The notes below the pieces were generated by a model. It saw nothing but the letters and a program-made list of their open reading frames with translations, searched no databases and was not told the origin of the DNA. The translations under genes were made by a program, and so were the position numbers. DNA of 63,840 nucleotides, filler included, from Choristocarpus tenellus KU-1152 (taxonomy: Eukaryota; Protista; Phaeophyceae): NCBI GenBank assembly GCA_964200185.2. It is 13 parts of 13 records of this genome, joined end to end, with 100 filler letters (N's around TTAATTAATTAA, not from the genome) between each part and the next. Parts side by side here need not be neighbours in the genome. Positions count along the whole stretch, not along the records: positions 11,215 to 17,265 come from CAXNAD020009071.1; positions 17,366 to 22,233 come from CAXNAD020012723.1; positions 22,334 to 25,983 come from CAXNAD020018736.1; 10 more parts are not named here. The stretch is one strand, 5' to 3'. Below, one piece after another: positions 11,831-24,830 of the stretch (the stretch's first letter is position 1; each line of letters begins with the position of its first letter).

Positions 11831-14800
11831 CTCAAAGGTATCCTCTGGCAGCTCGACCTCAACCCACTTGGGATGGAAGAAGGACTCACTGGAGTTGAGG
11901 TCCGTGATTATCTCCTTGATTCTGTTGTTCTTCTCCTCAACCTAGCCAGGAGGATATCACAGCCTTAGTGTTAGGGACAAAGCATTGCCAAATTCCATAC
12001 AACGGGTCACAGGGAAGTGAATGCAGAAGCATACTGCAGGTGCATGTGGCAAGAGCCTACCTAGACCTGATATCACAACAATGATATTATATATATATAT
12101 ATATATATTTGTTTCTGGTGTGTGCAATGTGATGTGGTTGAGTTGAGAAAACTGAAGTATGGCATCCTGGGTTGGGTATGGCATCAGATACCTCCTGTGA
12201 AACAGGGGTTCTTCTACCACCTGCAAGGACTCAAATAACAAGTAGAGAAAGTAGGGATGAAGTTGACTTAGACCAGTTTCCACCATCAGACGAAGGGATA
12301 AGGCTCTTTCTGGGTCAGGAATAAGGTTGGATGCGTACCTTGTCCATGCAATCCTCCTTTATGGAGTATAGCTGGTCAAAGTGTCGGTTGAAGGCACGGT
12401 ACAGGTCCAAGATCAGCTCCCCTAGAAGTATGATCTGGGTTCGCTTCTGTCGAGGTGTGCGCAGGGCTAAGGGGGGGTAGAGGAGCGATGTGGGGTCTCC
12501 CTCGTCTGATGCCTCCAGCACGGCCATGTCCACAGAAGCATCCCTTCCCTCTTCATCATCATCTTCTCCTAGGGAGACATCATCATTCTTCAGCTTAACA
12601 ATAGCAAAGATGGGAGTCAGGGCATTAGCAGGAGAAACAGAACAGCTTTTAAGGCACTACTTCAGGGATGGAGTAGGAAAGTAGAGGGGGGATGGAGGAG
12701 AATCTTGGTTAACACATCCGAAATCATAGCTGCAGAGATGGTTGCACTAGCAATAGAAAAAGAGTCAAATTGTCTTAGAGGGTAAAGCCGTGTCCATTTG
12801 GGGGCTAAATTCCAATGTTACAATTTTGATATAATTTGGCTATCGTGTTTGTTAGGAGATGTCAATATCCTTGTTCCGGACCCACTTTTTCATAATTTAT
12901 GCATTTTATCTGCTCCAAAACATTTTGGAATGGATAAAAGGTCATTAAAAACCCGCGGGAGGCCAAGTACCAAAGAGGGAAAGTATATTAGAGGGTACGA
13001 CTTTTGCCCTGCTTGTCCATTTGGGGTTTGACTGCCCACGTTTTTTTTATGACATTTTCCTACTCCGAAATGTTTAGAAGTAGGTAAAATGTGTATGTTA
13101 TGAAAGAGTGTGTTCAGAACTAGGATATTGATACTCCTTAACACACACAGTAGCCAAAAATACATCAAAATCGCAACATTGGATTTTGGCCCCCGAGCGG
13201 ACGCGGCTCTACCCTCTAAGATACTTTGGCTCAAATGGACAAACAGGGGAAAACTCGTACTCTCTAAGACACTTTCACTCAAAAGCACTACCGCTACTAT
13301 TAGTACCTTGAATATGTAACCATGGTGAAGTGGTGACGATCCACTTGGCATATGCATCAGTTCCATCTATTTCCTCCTCCAACAGCTGTATTTCTCTTCA
13401 AACTTTTTCGAAACTCACATCTTTGGACATTCCGCCCTTCTTACTCTTGCCACCATCCTCAGCTCCCATTCCCCCAGTACTGCCTGCCACCTTCGTGCCC
13501 TTGTTCACTCCCTGCGATTCATCTTTAAGGGCCTGAACGATGTCCACCACAGGTGTGAGGAACCCCTCATTGACCATCCAGGATATGTCAGGGGGAACCT
13601 TTGAGCAGGAAGAAGCCGTTTGGGTCCAGGTGGTAATGGTTAAGGTGATGGAATAAAAAAACAGGATATGGTTGTTGGTTGACCCATTCAGATTGATTTA
13701 GGGCTTGATTTATGCAACTAAAGCAGATATGTCCAATGTGATGCAACAATGGGGCTAGGGTTCATGTTGGGATACGTGAATGCTTGAGAAATCCACTTGT
13801 AATGGATTGAATTTGGATTACTGAAATATCACTGGCAAGAGTATTACTCTATACAACCACTAAAAAAACTCTACATGGATTTATCGATGTGTACCCTGCA
13901 GAAGCTCTAGAGCACATTGAACTGTAGATATGCTCAAACTGTACACCAAGACTTTCTTGCTCAGCCTTTTTATAGCAATATGGCACTCACATGATATCGC
14001 AAATTTCGCAAATATGCTTGATTACCTCGGACTAGATGCTCAATCTCTGTGCAAAGGTCGAAAATGTTTATAGCAAGGTTGCACCCTGTCACTTCATCCT
14101 AGAGTATGGATCTCTTGGGGACGGCACTGTAGAATAATAGCACCCTTTGAATATCCTATCCTTCAATATATAGGTGTCTTGTGACCGGTGTGCTCTTAAG
14201 TGAAACATGGAAAAATCAAGGCACATAGTCAACTCAGTGCAGCTAGTCATGTTTTCTCTTGTACCTCTAGTGGCAAAAAATGAATGCCACACAGCTGGTC
14301 TTGCTACAGATAGGCCAACAACACCACCACAGGTGCGTTTGAAATATATCAGGACATACCTCATCGAGGAGGCCAGGCCATGCTCTGATTGCAGAGTACT
14401 TGCCTCGCCGAACATCCCTAAGTTCAAGAGCCCGCAGCTGCTTCACCTTTTATGTTTTGTCAGCAGTTACTGTGGATTAGCAAACAGGAGGGGAGACGAA
14501 AGCTTGCGGCTCTGATACCAGAGAAACCTAGCTTTGGAAGAGAGTGATGCAGTGAATGCCGCAAAGCATCTTACTTTATCTACTTGTAGATCTTTGCCTC
14601 AAGTAACACACCTATTCCTTCCCCCCCTCTATCCTCCCTCATTCCCGTCCCTTACAACGCCCTTTCCTAGTCCTGTCACTGTAGTTCCCCAGCCTCTCAC
14701 CTTTCGTATTCGCCCCAATTCCTCTGAACTGCGACGTCGAAGTGCAAAGTTCTCCACAAATACACCCTCCCTTTGCATCGCCCAAACCTTGACAGTAAGT

Positions 14801-16578
14801 GATGCTTGGTTACTTTGGCAGAAACTAGCACTACTGTTACATGGGACTAGATGCACCAGTGATCCAATACAGAAGAGTGAGTGACGCCAGTTCAGTGGTG
14901 GGCAATAAAATGGTGAGACTGCGTCTGACAGTTGTAGAACTTTACTCTCATCTAGTGGAGTCATTGCCCTAAATTGATTTTGTCATGCCACAAGTGTTTG
15001 TTATTCCTAATCTGTACAGCATTGTTGTTCAAGCAAAGTCATGCTCCTGCTACTCAGTATTTTAGAAAACATGCATCTTCTACACTGAACCCTTGTTCTC
15101 TTGCATTCAGTTTTCTATTGCGGTGCCCCAGCCTAGGGACTTTGAACTTCATTGTGGTGACTTACTGGCAATACAATGTAGCCACAAGTGTGCTTACAGT
15201 TCTGGTGTGTTACTTTAATGGCCGCTTAGCTGTAACCTCCGTCTTCTCCCACAGCAAGACAAGGAAAGTACTATAGAGAGGAGTGGGACAGAATCTCGTG
15301 CTTTTAGCTTAAGGACAAGGGTATTTAGATTTGTTGGTCACCTCCTTAGCCTGTATCTCCATTGAATCCCAGCAGTCTGACTTGATGCGTGCACCTATAA
15401 GCTCCTTAGTAAGGTTCTGCCCCTGGATTGTTTGGCGGAGGGACTCAGCCTCTTTCTCATTAGCCGCAATCTTTCTGTCTCTTCACTCACCATAGATGTG
15501 CCAGGAGAGAGACAGCGATAGAGTGGGGAAATGGGATCTGGGAGGGAGCTGGTATGGTGGCAACCAGGGCGGACTGGTGTCTTGGACTTTCGAGTAAGGA
15601 AAATAAAGTCTAGTTGGGAGCTTGTAGATGTATGAGTGAGGCTAGAAATGGGTTGTTGCTATTTGTCTTTACACTTTGTCGAATGGATCCAATTGGGAGG
15701 TGGAAATGTGCCACAGAGCACCAATTTCTTGGATCCTGGGGCACACAGCTATCGATTTTGTCAGTAAGTCTCTATGAAACGAAAAATACCTCCTTCTCAC
15801 AATAAAATATATATATGGGTTTGTACACAGTCTCAGCCTCCAATCAGTCCATCACTATTAAAGAAGATTTTCCTTATGTTGCATAAGAAGATTGATCGAA
15901 GCTCTCCTCTGCACTGTCCAACTCAACTCATATGGGGACATATAAGTTTAGTCGGTGGTTGCTGGGGCATCTATGAGGTCAGTCTTGATTAACTCTCCTC
16001 TGTGAAACAAAAGAAAGAGCTCTTCTCCCGAGACTGCTGTATTAGTCAGACTCAACGCGCACTCTATGCTACTGCAAATGTCCCCTAAGTACTACCTAGA
16101 TTCTCCGCCCAACCCTTACCCCCCAATGTTAGAAGAAAACCTAAATGTGCTTGATATGTTGTTTTTAAATAGCAAGTCTCTGCCTGATTGTGACCAACAA
16201 CACTATAGTAACACTCCAACACTTGTTCAGATTTTATTTGACTACAAAAGAAATAGACACCTTCCCCACAATCACCCATGTCTCCTTACCTTCCAGCTAC
16301 ATCAACAACAAATTCATCCCTTTCCATCCTCTCCATGTCCGGCAGGGACTCATTCCTTGTAATTATCCGGGCAAGACGGGCTGCAAACTCAGCAACAACT
16401 TTACGCTGGGCCGCGCCTGCCATGTTTTGCTCCTCCTGTGTACAACATCGAAGACCAACATCCAAGGGAGGTTACCAGAGGATCCAGGGCAATCGTACCT
16501 CCTCTGAGGCATGTGAGGATATGGAGCGTATCATGTAGTCCGGCGTATAAATATTGGTCAAGCTTGTTGCTGGAGGGT
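11831..16578 (-). CDS. CFAP43: Cilia- and flagella-associated protein 43 (WDR96), partial multi-exon gene covering the post-WD40 coiled-coil region
   Basis: Eight GT-AG exons with compatible phases: 16499-16578 (tentative), 16290-16435 (EEQNMAGAAQRKVVAEFAARLARIITRNESLPDMERMERDEFVVDVAG), 15342-~15474 (KIAANEKEAESLRQTIQGQNLTKELIGARIKSDCWDSMEIQAKE), 14701-14787 (VWAMQREGVFVENFALRRRSSEELGRIRK), 14360-14446 (VKQLRALELRDVRRG...), 13419-13598, 12339-12593 (...SLLYPPLALRTPRQKRTQIILLGELILDLYRAFNRHFDQLYSIKEDCMDK), 11831-11941 (VEEKNNRIKEIITDLNSSESFFHPKWVEVELPEDTFE). The motifs CWDSM, VENF, LLY..L.L.T...K..QIILL, FN..FD and N.RI.EI occur in the order I recall for CFAP43. Confidence 0.88.
12762..13280. 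mobile_element. Nested pair of family-A MITEs (inner 12975-13232 inserted in opposite orientation inside the outer copy), within a CFAP43 intron
   Basis: Outer copy has TIRs GAGTCAAATTGTCTTAGAGGGTA / TACTCTCTAAGACACTTTCACTC and an AAAA TSD. The inner full-length 258-bp copy splits the outer CCAAA|TGGAC motif with an AAA duplication. Confidence 0.9.
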
Positions 16579-16827
16579 CTATATAAGAATTGTGGGCAAA
16601 GAGAGGGAAGAAGTCGTGAACTTCATTGAATTAAATGTATATTAAGAGAAGATTGAGAAGGTTGCTAATGGATACTGCACCATGGTCTGCCTCCGGTGTG
16701 CATGCTGAGATATAGGGTAGGTGATATGTTCTAAATAACGGCATTTGCCATCAATAGAACAGTCTCATTTTTTCATGGAGTCCACAGCACAAAACACCAC
16801 CATTATTTATTTTTGTACTATGTAGTC

Positions 16828-16910
16828 CTATTATTACTATTATTACTATTATTACTATTATTACTACTATTACTACTATTACTGTTACTATTTATAACTA
16901 CCATTACTAG
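16828..16910. repeat. (TAT/TAC)n low-complexity microsatellite
   Basis: Read directly. Confidence 0.8.
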
Positions 16911-17211
16911 TATTTCTATTATTTCTACATCTTTGTGCAAAAAAGGATCCGAAGAATGCCTTGATGAAATATGGTGAAAAAGGGAAGCAGTTGTCTCATG
17001 GCAGGATCGTGAATGTGTTGTCCAGGTGGTTGTGGTCGATGTCTGTGAAGTCTGTGACGATGATAGCCTGAAGGGGCACGGCGTGGGGACCCAGTTGTGC
17101 TTCCTGCATCACCCCAAAGATGTTCGTTGCAGGGGCTGTGTTGGTGTTGGAGTATTGGCATGGTGCATACCCCAGGCCTTCCATCACACTCCGCTAGACT
17201 GGACTCTGCTT

Positions 17212-17259
17212 CTTAGTCTACCTTAGTCTACCTTAGTCTACCTTAATCTACCTTAGTCT
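17212..17259. repeat. 10-bp tandem repeat (CTTAGTCTAC) x ~5
   Basis: Read directly, at a contig end. Confidence 0.85.
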
Positions 17260-17365
17260 GGTCGANNNNNNNNNNNNNNNNNNNNNNNNNNNNNNNNNNN
17301 NNNNNNNNNTTAATTAATTAANNNNNNNNNNNNNNNNNNNNNNNNNNNNNNNNNNNNNNNNNNNN

Positions 17366-20300
17366 CCTCTACAGACACCAAGCAATCTCGTCGGGTTTAT
17401 CACCTTTATCCTCTTTGATGATTTTGGGGATACTTTAACACCTTACGGGATGGTTCTGAGAGCAGCATTCTGTAGTCAGCACACAAGAGCATACTGTCAT
17501 TTAGAGAGGGGGAAGGCTTTCGACCAGCTCCAAACTCACCATGGATACCTTTTGTTCGATCTGTGACACCCCGATCTCGCAATAACAATGCACCCCTGTC
17601 AGTACTCTTGGAGAATGGCAAGCACCAATGACACCCGCAACCCGACCATCCAAGTATCACAGACTGCCTCTACATAACCCCAGATCAGCTCGATGTAGAG
17701 AACCCCTCCCTGACGCACTCCCTAGATCCCAAGATGCACTAGTACTCTAACTGGTGAACAAGCGCAACCAGAGAAGGAACATGCAAGTTATTTTTTTATG
17801 TAGACCCAGAAGCAGGCACCTCAGATACGGATCCAGACGCAGGTATTGCAGCAATAGACCTTACCCAGGACAAGGATCCTCTGACTCCATCACTGGAGAG
17901 TCCAGGTCTAGTACCCCTTCCGATAGAGGTAGCGTGGGAAGATGATAGTACTCTGCAATGGGAATTGGGTTTGTCAGAAGTAGAACATGTAGAAGGGTTT
18001 GTCAGCAAAGTCTGCAAAGGATTCGTTAAGGGAGCACAACTACAATCCAGACAGTTGGTGATGATTGAGCCCTTATCAGAGTATAACCTGGAATTAGGAA
18101 ATGCTGTCGGAGTTGCCAGAGGTGTACAATGGTGGAACCCAGGAACCCCCATCTATTGCAAGCTGGTAAATACGTGCAGTAAGCCCAGTAGTGTTCAGGC
18201 AGGGTTGCCAGTTGCAAAGGCGATTTCTCTGAATACCAAGGATAGAGAGAGGGTGGTTGCACTCTTTCAGTCACTAAGCCATTCCCCAAAGACCCTCAAA
18301 GAGCACAGACCCTGCTTGCCACAACTAGTTCGCAGACAAGGCATCCCCCAGAAGCAGACGAGACTGGTGACTGCCCGGTAGCAGAGGAATAAGACACCCC
18401 TTCAGATGAAGCCAAGGAGGTCCAGCATCAATCGGTGAGCCTTAATAATGCCAATATGGGACAGGCGATACCAGGGTAGAAGGAACAGTTGGTGGGATTG
18501 TTAGAAGAATGTAGAAATTTTGGGGTATTTCCTGAAGATCCCAAACGAGTTCCCCCGTGCGCTAGAGGAAATACTACACATACCACTATTAGACGAGAAC
18601 TGTACACCCTACGCAGCGAAACAAAAGGCGCTTCTCTCGTGAAGAAAAGCAGATGATTCAAGGCCGAGGTTAAGCAGTTGCAGGAACGTGGTATCATTAG
18701 ACCCTCCACCTCAGTGTGGGCAGCAGCAGCAGTAGCAGTACGTAAGAAAGATGGGACCCTGAGGTTGTGCACAGACTATAGGATGCTGTTTTATGATCTC
18801 TCGCGTAGTGATAGTGGAGGTCTTGGGAACATCGTTAGCATCTTTGATAAGCTTAAGGGTTCTAGCTATCTTACTGCCATAGACCTAGCATCAGGATTCC
18901 TTCAACTAGAAATCCCAGAGGTTTACAAACAGAAGACAGCCTTCCGTAACGCTCATGGACAACTTTGGGAAATATAACAGAGGTGTGTGGCTTTGGGTTG
19001 AAAATCTTACCTGCAGTATTCTTTAGTTACACGAGAGAAGCCTTAGGAGATCTCAAAGGAAACGGCGTAGAAAATTGGCTAGACGATCTTTTTTGCTATA
19101 GAGTTCATCATTTGATGAACACATGACCAAACTTCGCCTCCTCCTGACCAGAATCAAGCAATACGGTCTGTCTGTGAACTTCCCCAAAGCCGTTCCTCCT
19201 TCATACAGATGCGAGTGAGGAAGGGGTTGGGGTAACGCTAACACAGGTACAGGACGATGACCAAGAACATTTCATAGCATATGCTAGCCATAGATGGTCT
19301 AAAACAGACAGTAGGAGAGCACCCACTGAAAGAGAATGCATGGCTATCTTGTGGGCCTTAGAGCACTTCCGCTCCTACATTTGGGGTGGGAAATGCACCC
19401 TAGTCACTGACTGCTCAGCACCGACTTGACTCTTCAAGAGTCGTGAACTTAGCCCCAAGCTCCACAGGTGGGCCCTCCGCCTTATGAACCACGACATGGA
19501 ACTTTAGTGGCGAGCAGGCTCGAAACACCAACTACTGGACGGGCTGTCACGACTCTCCTCACCAACAGCATCAGGTTTGGATATCGACGATTCTTTTCCT
19601 GATGATCCGTCAGTAGCTTGTAGCAAGAGCTACGCTGGACCGCAAGGACCTCTCTTAGATGGTGTATGTTTGCAGGATTTAGGTACATCAGACCTAAGCT
19701 CAGGTCAACCCACATTGTCCCCTTGCTCTCTCTGTGCGTTGGTAGATTCAGAACTAGAGTGTGCTCCTCCCTCAACATGATGAACCGAGTCCAGGTGTAG
19801 TAGCACAAATGTTACTTCAGGGAACAGTTGATGCCCCACTCTCAGGAATACTGTCAGCTCTGCAAGATTGCCACACGGAACCTGATAGTCGAGACTTAGG
19901 CGTTGGAGGTAGGCTACCACTCAGTAGTTCCCAGGATCAAAGTCTGCCAGTGTGTATACCCCCTCCCTCTGGTTGGATGCCCCCAGATAAGATGCCTAGT
20001 GTAGACCAGACACACAACCAACAGCAACTCCTTCCCCCACTTAACGCCACTAACACTTTTGGTTGGCAACCTTTAGACCCTACCCTCGAAGACAGGGTAG
20101 AAATAAAAGGAAAAACAAGAGAAGATAAGCCACCGTACAAAAAAAGGCGCAAAAGTACACCAAGGCCAAAGAACAAGAAGGGCAGTGACAGATTAGTCCG
20201 AATGAGTGAGATGGTTCAGGACCACCCCACTCTCAAGAGAGCAATGGCTACTCTCTCAGACGTGCAGGAGCTAGTGGAGAGGTAGAAGAAAGACCCCTTC

Positions 20301-22233
20301 TTGGGCAGCATACGGGGTGTACTCGAAGGCCAAGAACACTGGAAGTCGTCACTCGAATGGGGAAAAGGGAGTATAGATGTGGAGTTATATTCCCTGGATG
20401 ATAAGGAGTTACTCTGGTACACCCCTGGAGAGTATGCACCTAGGCTGGCAGTTCTTTGTTCACTAGTGTCAGACATCATAGCACTAGTACACCTGCAGAC
20501 TAGCCACCAGGGAGTTGGACGCACAGTAGCCCTAACCCGTCGATACTTATTTTGACCCTCTCACTCCAAAATGACACGCAGGATTATGTTTTATCCTGTG
20601 TGGCTGTCGCAGACGAAAGAGGACTAGGATCGCACAAGTGGCAATGCTGCCAGCCAAGTTCCTGGAACCATGGGGTGTACTCGAGATGGATCTACAAGAT
20701 GTGGGACACATCTCAGCTAAAGGCTACAAGTATCTATCAATTGTGATCGATAGAGCTTCGAGATTCCCTTTTGCATTCCCAATGGCGTCAAAGGAAGCAA
20801 CTGGAGTAGCAACAAACGTGTTAGAATTATGTCTCTTACATTTGGGATCCCACTGTCAATTCGTAGTGATGCAGGAGGGGAGTTCACAGGAGACATAATG
20901 AAGCACCTTTGTCGTTGGCTGAAGGTCCCTTATCAATCATGGACCAACTGGCAACTCGAGAGGACAAGGGGGAGTGGAAAAGATGGAAGGTCTACTTTTG
21001 GAAGTTCTGTCGAAACCATGTGTGAAGTGGCTAGATAGATGGGATGAGTATGTATCTCCGCACGTTGGGCACAACGCACTAATCCAGACCCATCTGATCC
21101 CCTCAACCCCACCCCCTTCCGAGCCTTGTTTGGCCGTGATCCCCGCACACAGCTAGACGCCGTCATACCGAAGTTGGACGGGGACATAGAGGTTGGAGTG
21201 ATTGGATTCCTTTATTGAGCAACGCAGACAGAACTCCAGGGAGGTACGAGAAGTCCTGGAGAGACGGATGTCTACAAGACAGAAATACAGAGAAAGAGCC
21301 AATGCTTTGATTGCTAGGTCTTCCCCTGGACTAAGATCCAAACCACGTGACCTAGTTCTAGTGAAAGAAGCGGACAGCTCTCTATCCATGGGAGTGAAAG
21401 TATCTTAGAGGGTACGAGTTTTGCCCTGTTTGTCCATTTGGGGCTTGGCTTCCCTCAGGGTTTTTATGACATTTTCGTAGTCCAAAATATTTCGGAGTAG
21501 GTATAATGTGTATGTTACGAAACGGTGTGTTTGGAACAAGGATGTTGACACTTCTTAACAAACACGATAGCCAAATTTACATTGAAATCGCAACACTGTA
21601 TTTTGGCCCCCAAATGGACGTGGCTCTACCCTCTAAGATACTTGGCTCATGGGGAAAAACTAGGTGAGACAAGAGTAGGCAGAAAGCTAGTATGAAAGAT
21701 GGACGGGACCGTGGACTGTGAAGGAAATTTCACATCAGAGTAGTAGCATGACGGTTGAACTGCTAGGTAGGCAAACACGCACTCGTAATGTTCATGCTTC
21801 TTATGTGAAGCCCTTCCACGTAAGGCTCACCCATCTTAGACATAGCTTCCAAGAAGAATACGCCCAACTAGTGTGGGAATCGGATCTGGGTCTATCAGAG
21901 CAATCCGTGGTAGCAACCCCCATGTACACTCTTACTGATAGGAAAGCAGTATTGTCGCCATCCAATGTATGGCACTGGGAGTACCAGGGGAAGTATCAGA
22001 ATGGAGAGTTGTCAGACTGGGTAACCGAGAAAGAGGCTATGGATAGCTTCACCCCACAACAGTTAGATGTCTTCCATGCCCTCTGGGGTCTCCATATAAT
22101 CCAGACACAAGCCCACGTCCTACTGACACCTCTCGCCAAGGGAACCCTTGTCTAGAGAGGATGCATTATGCCCTTTTCCCGGAGGTACCACTGTCAAGAA
22201 GTCATGGAAAGACGAGAAGGGAAGGGGATAAGT
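17366..22233 (+). mobile_element. Decayed Ty3/Gypsy LTR retrotransposon pol (RT, RNase H, integrase, chromo-like C-terminus), interrupted by a MITE
   Basis: RT: GIIRPSTSVWAAAAVAVRKKDGTLRLCTDYR, IDLASGFLQL, KTAF, WLDD (~19075). RNase H: IAYASHRWS..TERECMAILWALEHFRSY..LVTDCSA..KLHRWALRL. Integrase: HQGVGRT, IDRASRF, FGIPLSIRSDAGGEF. C-terminal WEYQGKYQNGELSDWVTEKE. Many stops and frameshifts. Confidence 0.93.
21392..21648 (+). mobile_element. Family-A MITE inserted in the Gypsy integrase region
   Basis: GAGTGAAAGTATCTTAGAGGGTA ... TACCCTCTAAGATACTTGGCTC; TSD ATGG/ATGG. Confidence 0.92.
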
Positions 22234-22689
22234 NNNNNNNNNNNNNNNNNNNNNNNNNNNNNNNNNNNNNNNNNNNNTTAATTAATTAANNNNNNNNNNN
22301 NNNNNNNNNNNNNNNNNNNNNNNNNNNNNNNNNCTCACCCTGGGGTGCAGGACTAAGCTAGGTTGGAGGCGCAGGAAGGCAGTGGTGCAGCATAGGTGGT
22401 AGTAAAATAGTAAATAGATGCTGAATGTCTCACATTTACAACAACAACTGTTGCTTTTTTATACTTTCTTCTGACATGTTAGTTGTTTTCATTGTTTTCC
22501 CCTTACACACCTGCAAAATATCAGAGACCATAAAATATAATATATAATATATAATTATTTTATGTAGCATAGAATACTTTTGTTGAACATGTAGCAGGAT
22601 ACGATTAAAAAATGTCTAGTACTGTGAGAGCCGTACAGTGAGACTAACATCGGCTCCCCTTTTACATTATGCAGATTCTCGAAATCTTT

Positions 22690-24830
22690 TTAGGTACATG
22701 TGGATGCTTCCAATCTGGGTAGTGGTGGTTTTCTTGCTCAAAAAGCTTCAAATGATCCGACGAACACCTCACTTCATATTACGACTTTAGCAAGAAATTT
22801 GATGGAGCACAACGAAATTGTTCAGCTACATACAAAGAATGTTTAACAGTAGTCCATGCCATTAACCACTGCCGTCCATATCTTTGGGGCCGCCATTTTG
22901 ATTTATTCACGGATCATGCGGCACTCAGATATCTGTATTACATGCAAGACACAGATAATATGTTGACACGTGGGGCTCTTGCTCTTCAATGTTTTGACTT
23001 GACAGTTCATCATAAACCTGGCAGAGACAATGTTGTACCTTTTCTCGCCTTTTTGATATTGATATTGATCGTATGCCAAAAGTACTTTCTCCAATTTGCA
23101 GGAATATTCCGGAAAAAACGTCAAATGCGGTAACCCCACGTCAAGTATACGAAATATATCCAGACCGCCTTCATGAATTAGATATAATTCAGAGTGACCG
23201 TGAACATTTTAGTTGTTCTGTGAACATATTTCCAACTCTAGACCACACCAAAATTCGTGAAGCATAAATGAACCAATTTTCTCTTTACTTCGTGTATTTA
23301 CAAGCCCCTGATTCAGTGTCTGTACCTCCCCGTAAATCGAGGTGTAGCATGTCATCTATTTATGTTGATGCTGACACTAACTTGCTTTGTCGATCATATT
23401 TTCCAGGGCATATACGCAAACACCGTGCTTTTCGTGGTCAATTAGTGGTTCCAAAAGAATTGCAATCTTTGGTCTTGCATGCTTGCCATGACCATCCCGC
23501 TTCGGGAGGTCATTTTGGTCTTTCTCATACTCTTGACAAGGTACGAGACCGATATTGGTGGCCTATGTCTCAAAAATATGTTAGAGAATGGTGTGAAAGA
23601 TCTCAACTTTGCCAAAGACGAAAAACTTCTCACAGACGTCCTACATTACCCCAGGGACAAATTTCTGCTACTTGACCATTCGAACGGATTGCTGTTGATC
23701 TTGTACAATATAAAACCATTTCCCGTGGTTGCCGTTATGTTCTTTCGGCTATTTGTCAGTTGACACGCTCTGCTTTTCTCATTCCCATTCCAGACAAACA
23801 AGAAGTGACCATTGCCAAAGTTTTGTTTGAAATGATATTTTCAATGTTTGGGGCACCCGAAATCCTTCACTCTGACCAAGGTTCGGAATTTGAAAATAAA
23901 TTTGTTCTGGAATTGCATACAGTGTTTTGGGTACCATAAACCTCAAACCACACCCTACTGACCATAGGGTAACTCTGTCTTAGAGCGTGTTCATTCTACT
24001 CTGCATCAAATGTTGTCCATGTACAGTAACATAGCAGAGAATAATTGGGCGACTGTTGTTCCATTCCTTCAATTGGCTCACAATACAGCACACAATACCA
24101 TATTACAAGAAACATCTTTCCTCCTACCTTTTGGACGCCGGTCAATTTTACTGATAGACGTAATTTTTGGTCTATCTAAAACAACAGTTGCACAATCTAG
24201 TCAAGAGTTTACTCAGTCAACAGCTGAGAATTTACAGTTAGCTTTTGAATTAGCCCGTCGCAATCTGGGAGTACGGAATGCTAAGAAAATTGCTAACAAT
24301 GAAACTCTTGTTTTCCCTGTGTTTCAAGTTGGAGCTCAAGTTTTGGTGCATCGTCCACATACTGACCGTGACGGACCTAATCCAAAATTGATTCATCCTT
24401 GGCGTGGACCTTTCCCTATGACTGCCAAGATTTCCCCTGTAGTTTACTGTGCCCGTAAACAGGGTGACATCAAAGATACTTATGTTCACTTAGCCCACTT
24501 GAAACCTTACATTCCAAACACACAACCACTTCAACCTGATTTTATGAAGCTCAGTGAATTTTTTCTTGGCCGAACATTACCCTTACCGGATCTGGATGAT
24601 TTAGAATCCCCAGTAACCATTGGTCCTTACATTATTGAGGCTATTGTAGGACACAAGTTTGGCCGTGGACCTCGTTCACCTATGAACATAGAATACAGAT
24701 TACGCCTTAAAGGCTATGACCGTGCTTCTGATGTATTCTATCGTCCACGTGTGATTTGCCACAATATGCAGAAATGATTACTGCATAATATAGACAACAA
24801 CATTGTCTGGATACACCTCAATCCAACACA
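22690..24830 (+). mobile_element. Second decayed Ty3/Gypsy element (RNase H, integrase, chromodomain; chromovirus-like)
   Basis: HVDASNLGSGGFLAQ; KECLTVVHAINHCRPYLWGRHFDLFTDHAAL; HKPGRDNVVP; zinc finger HDHPASGGHFG...YWWP...CQRRK; PFERIAVDL; HSDQGSEFEN; KLIHPWRGPF (GPY/F); chromodomain YIIEAIVGHK...EYRLRLKGY. Confidence 0.93.

Noticed and set aside
12798-13366. Recurring small ORFs with similar peptides (SQSILEGRAAS.GPKSNVAILM; also at 36570, 41579, 42989, 43670, 61330)
   Set aside because: They are chance translations of family-A MITE copies. Frames and stops vary between copies, so this is not a protein family.
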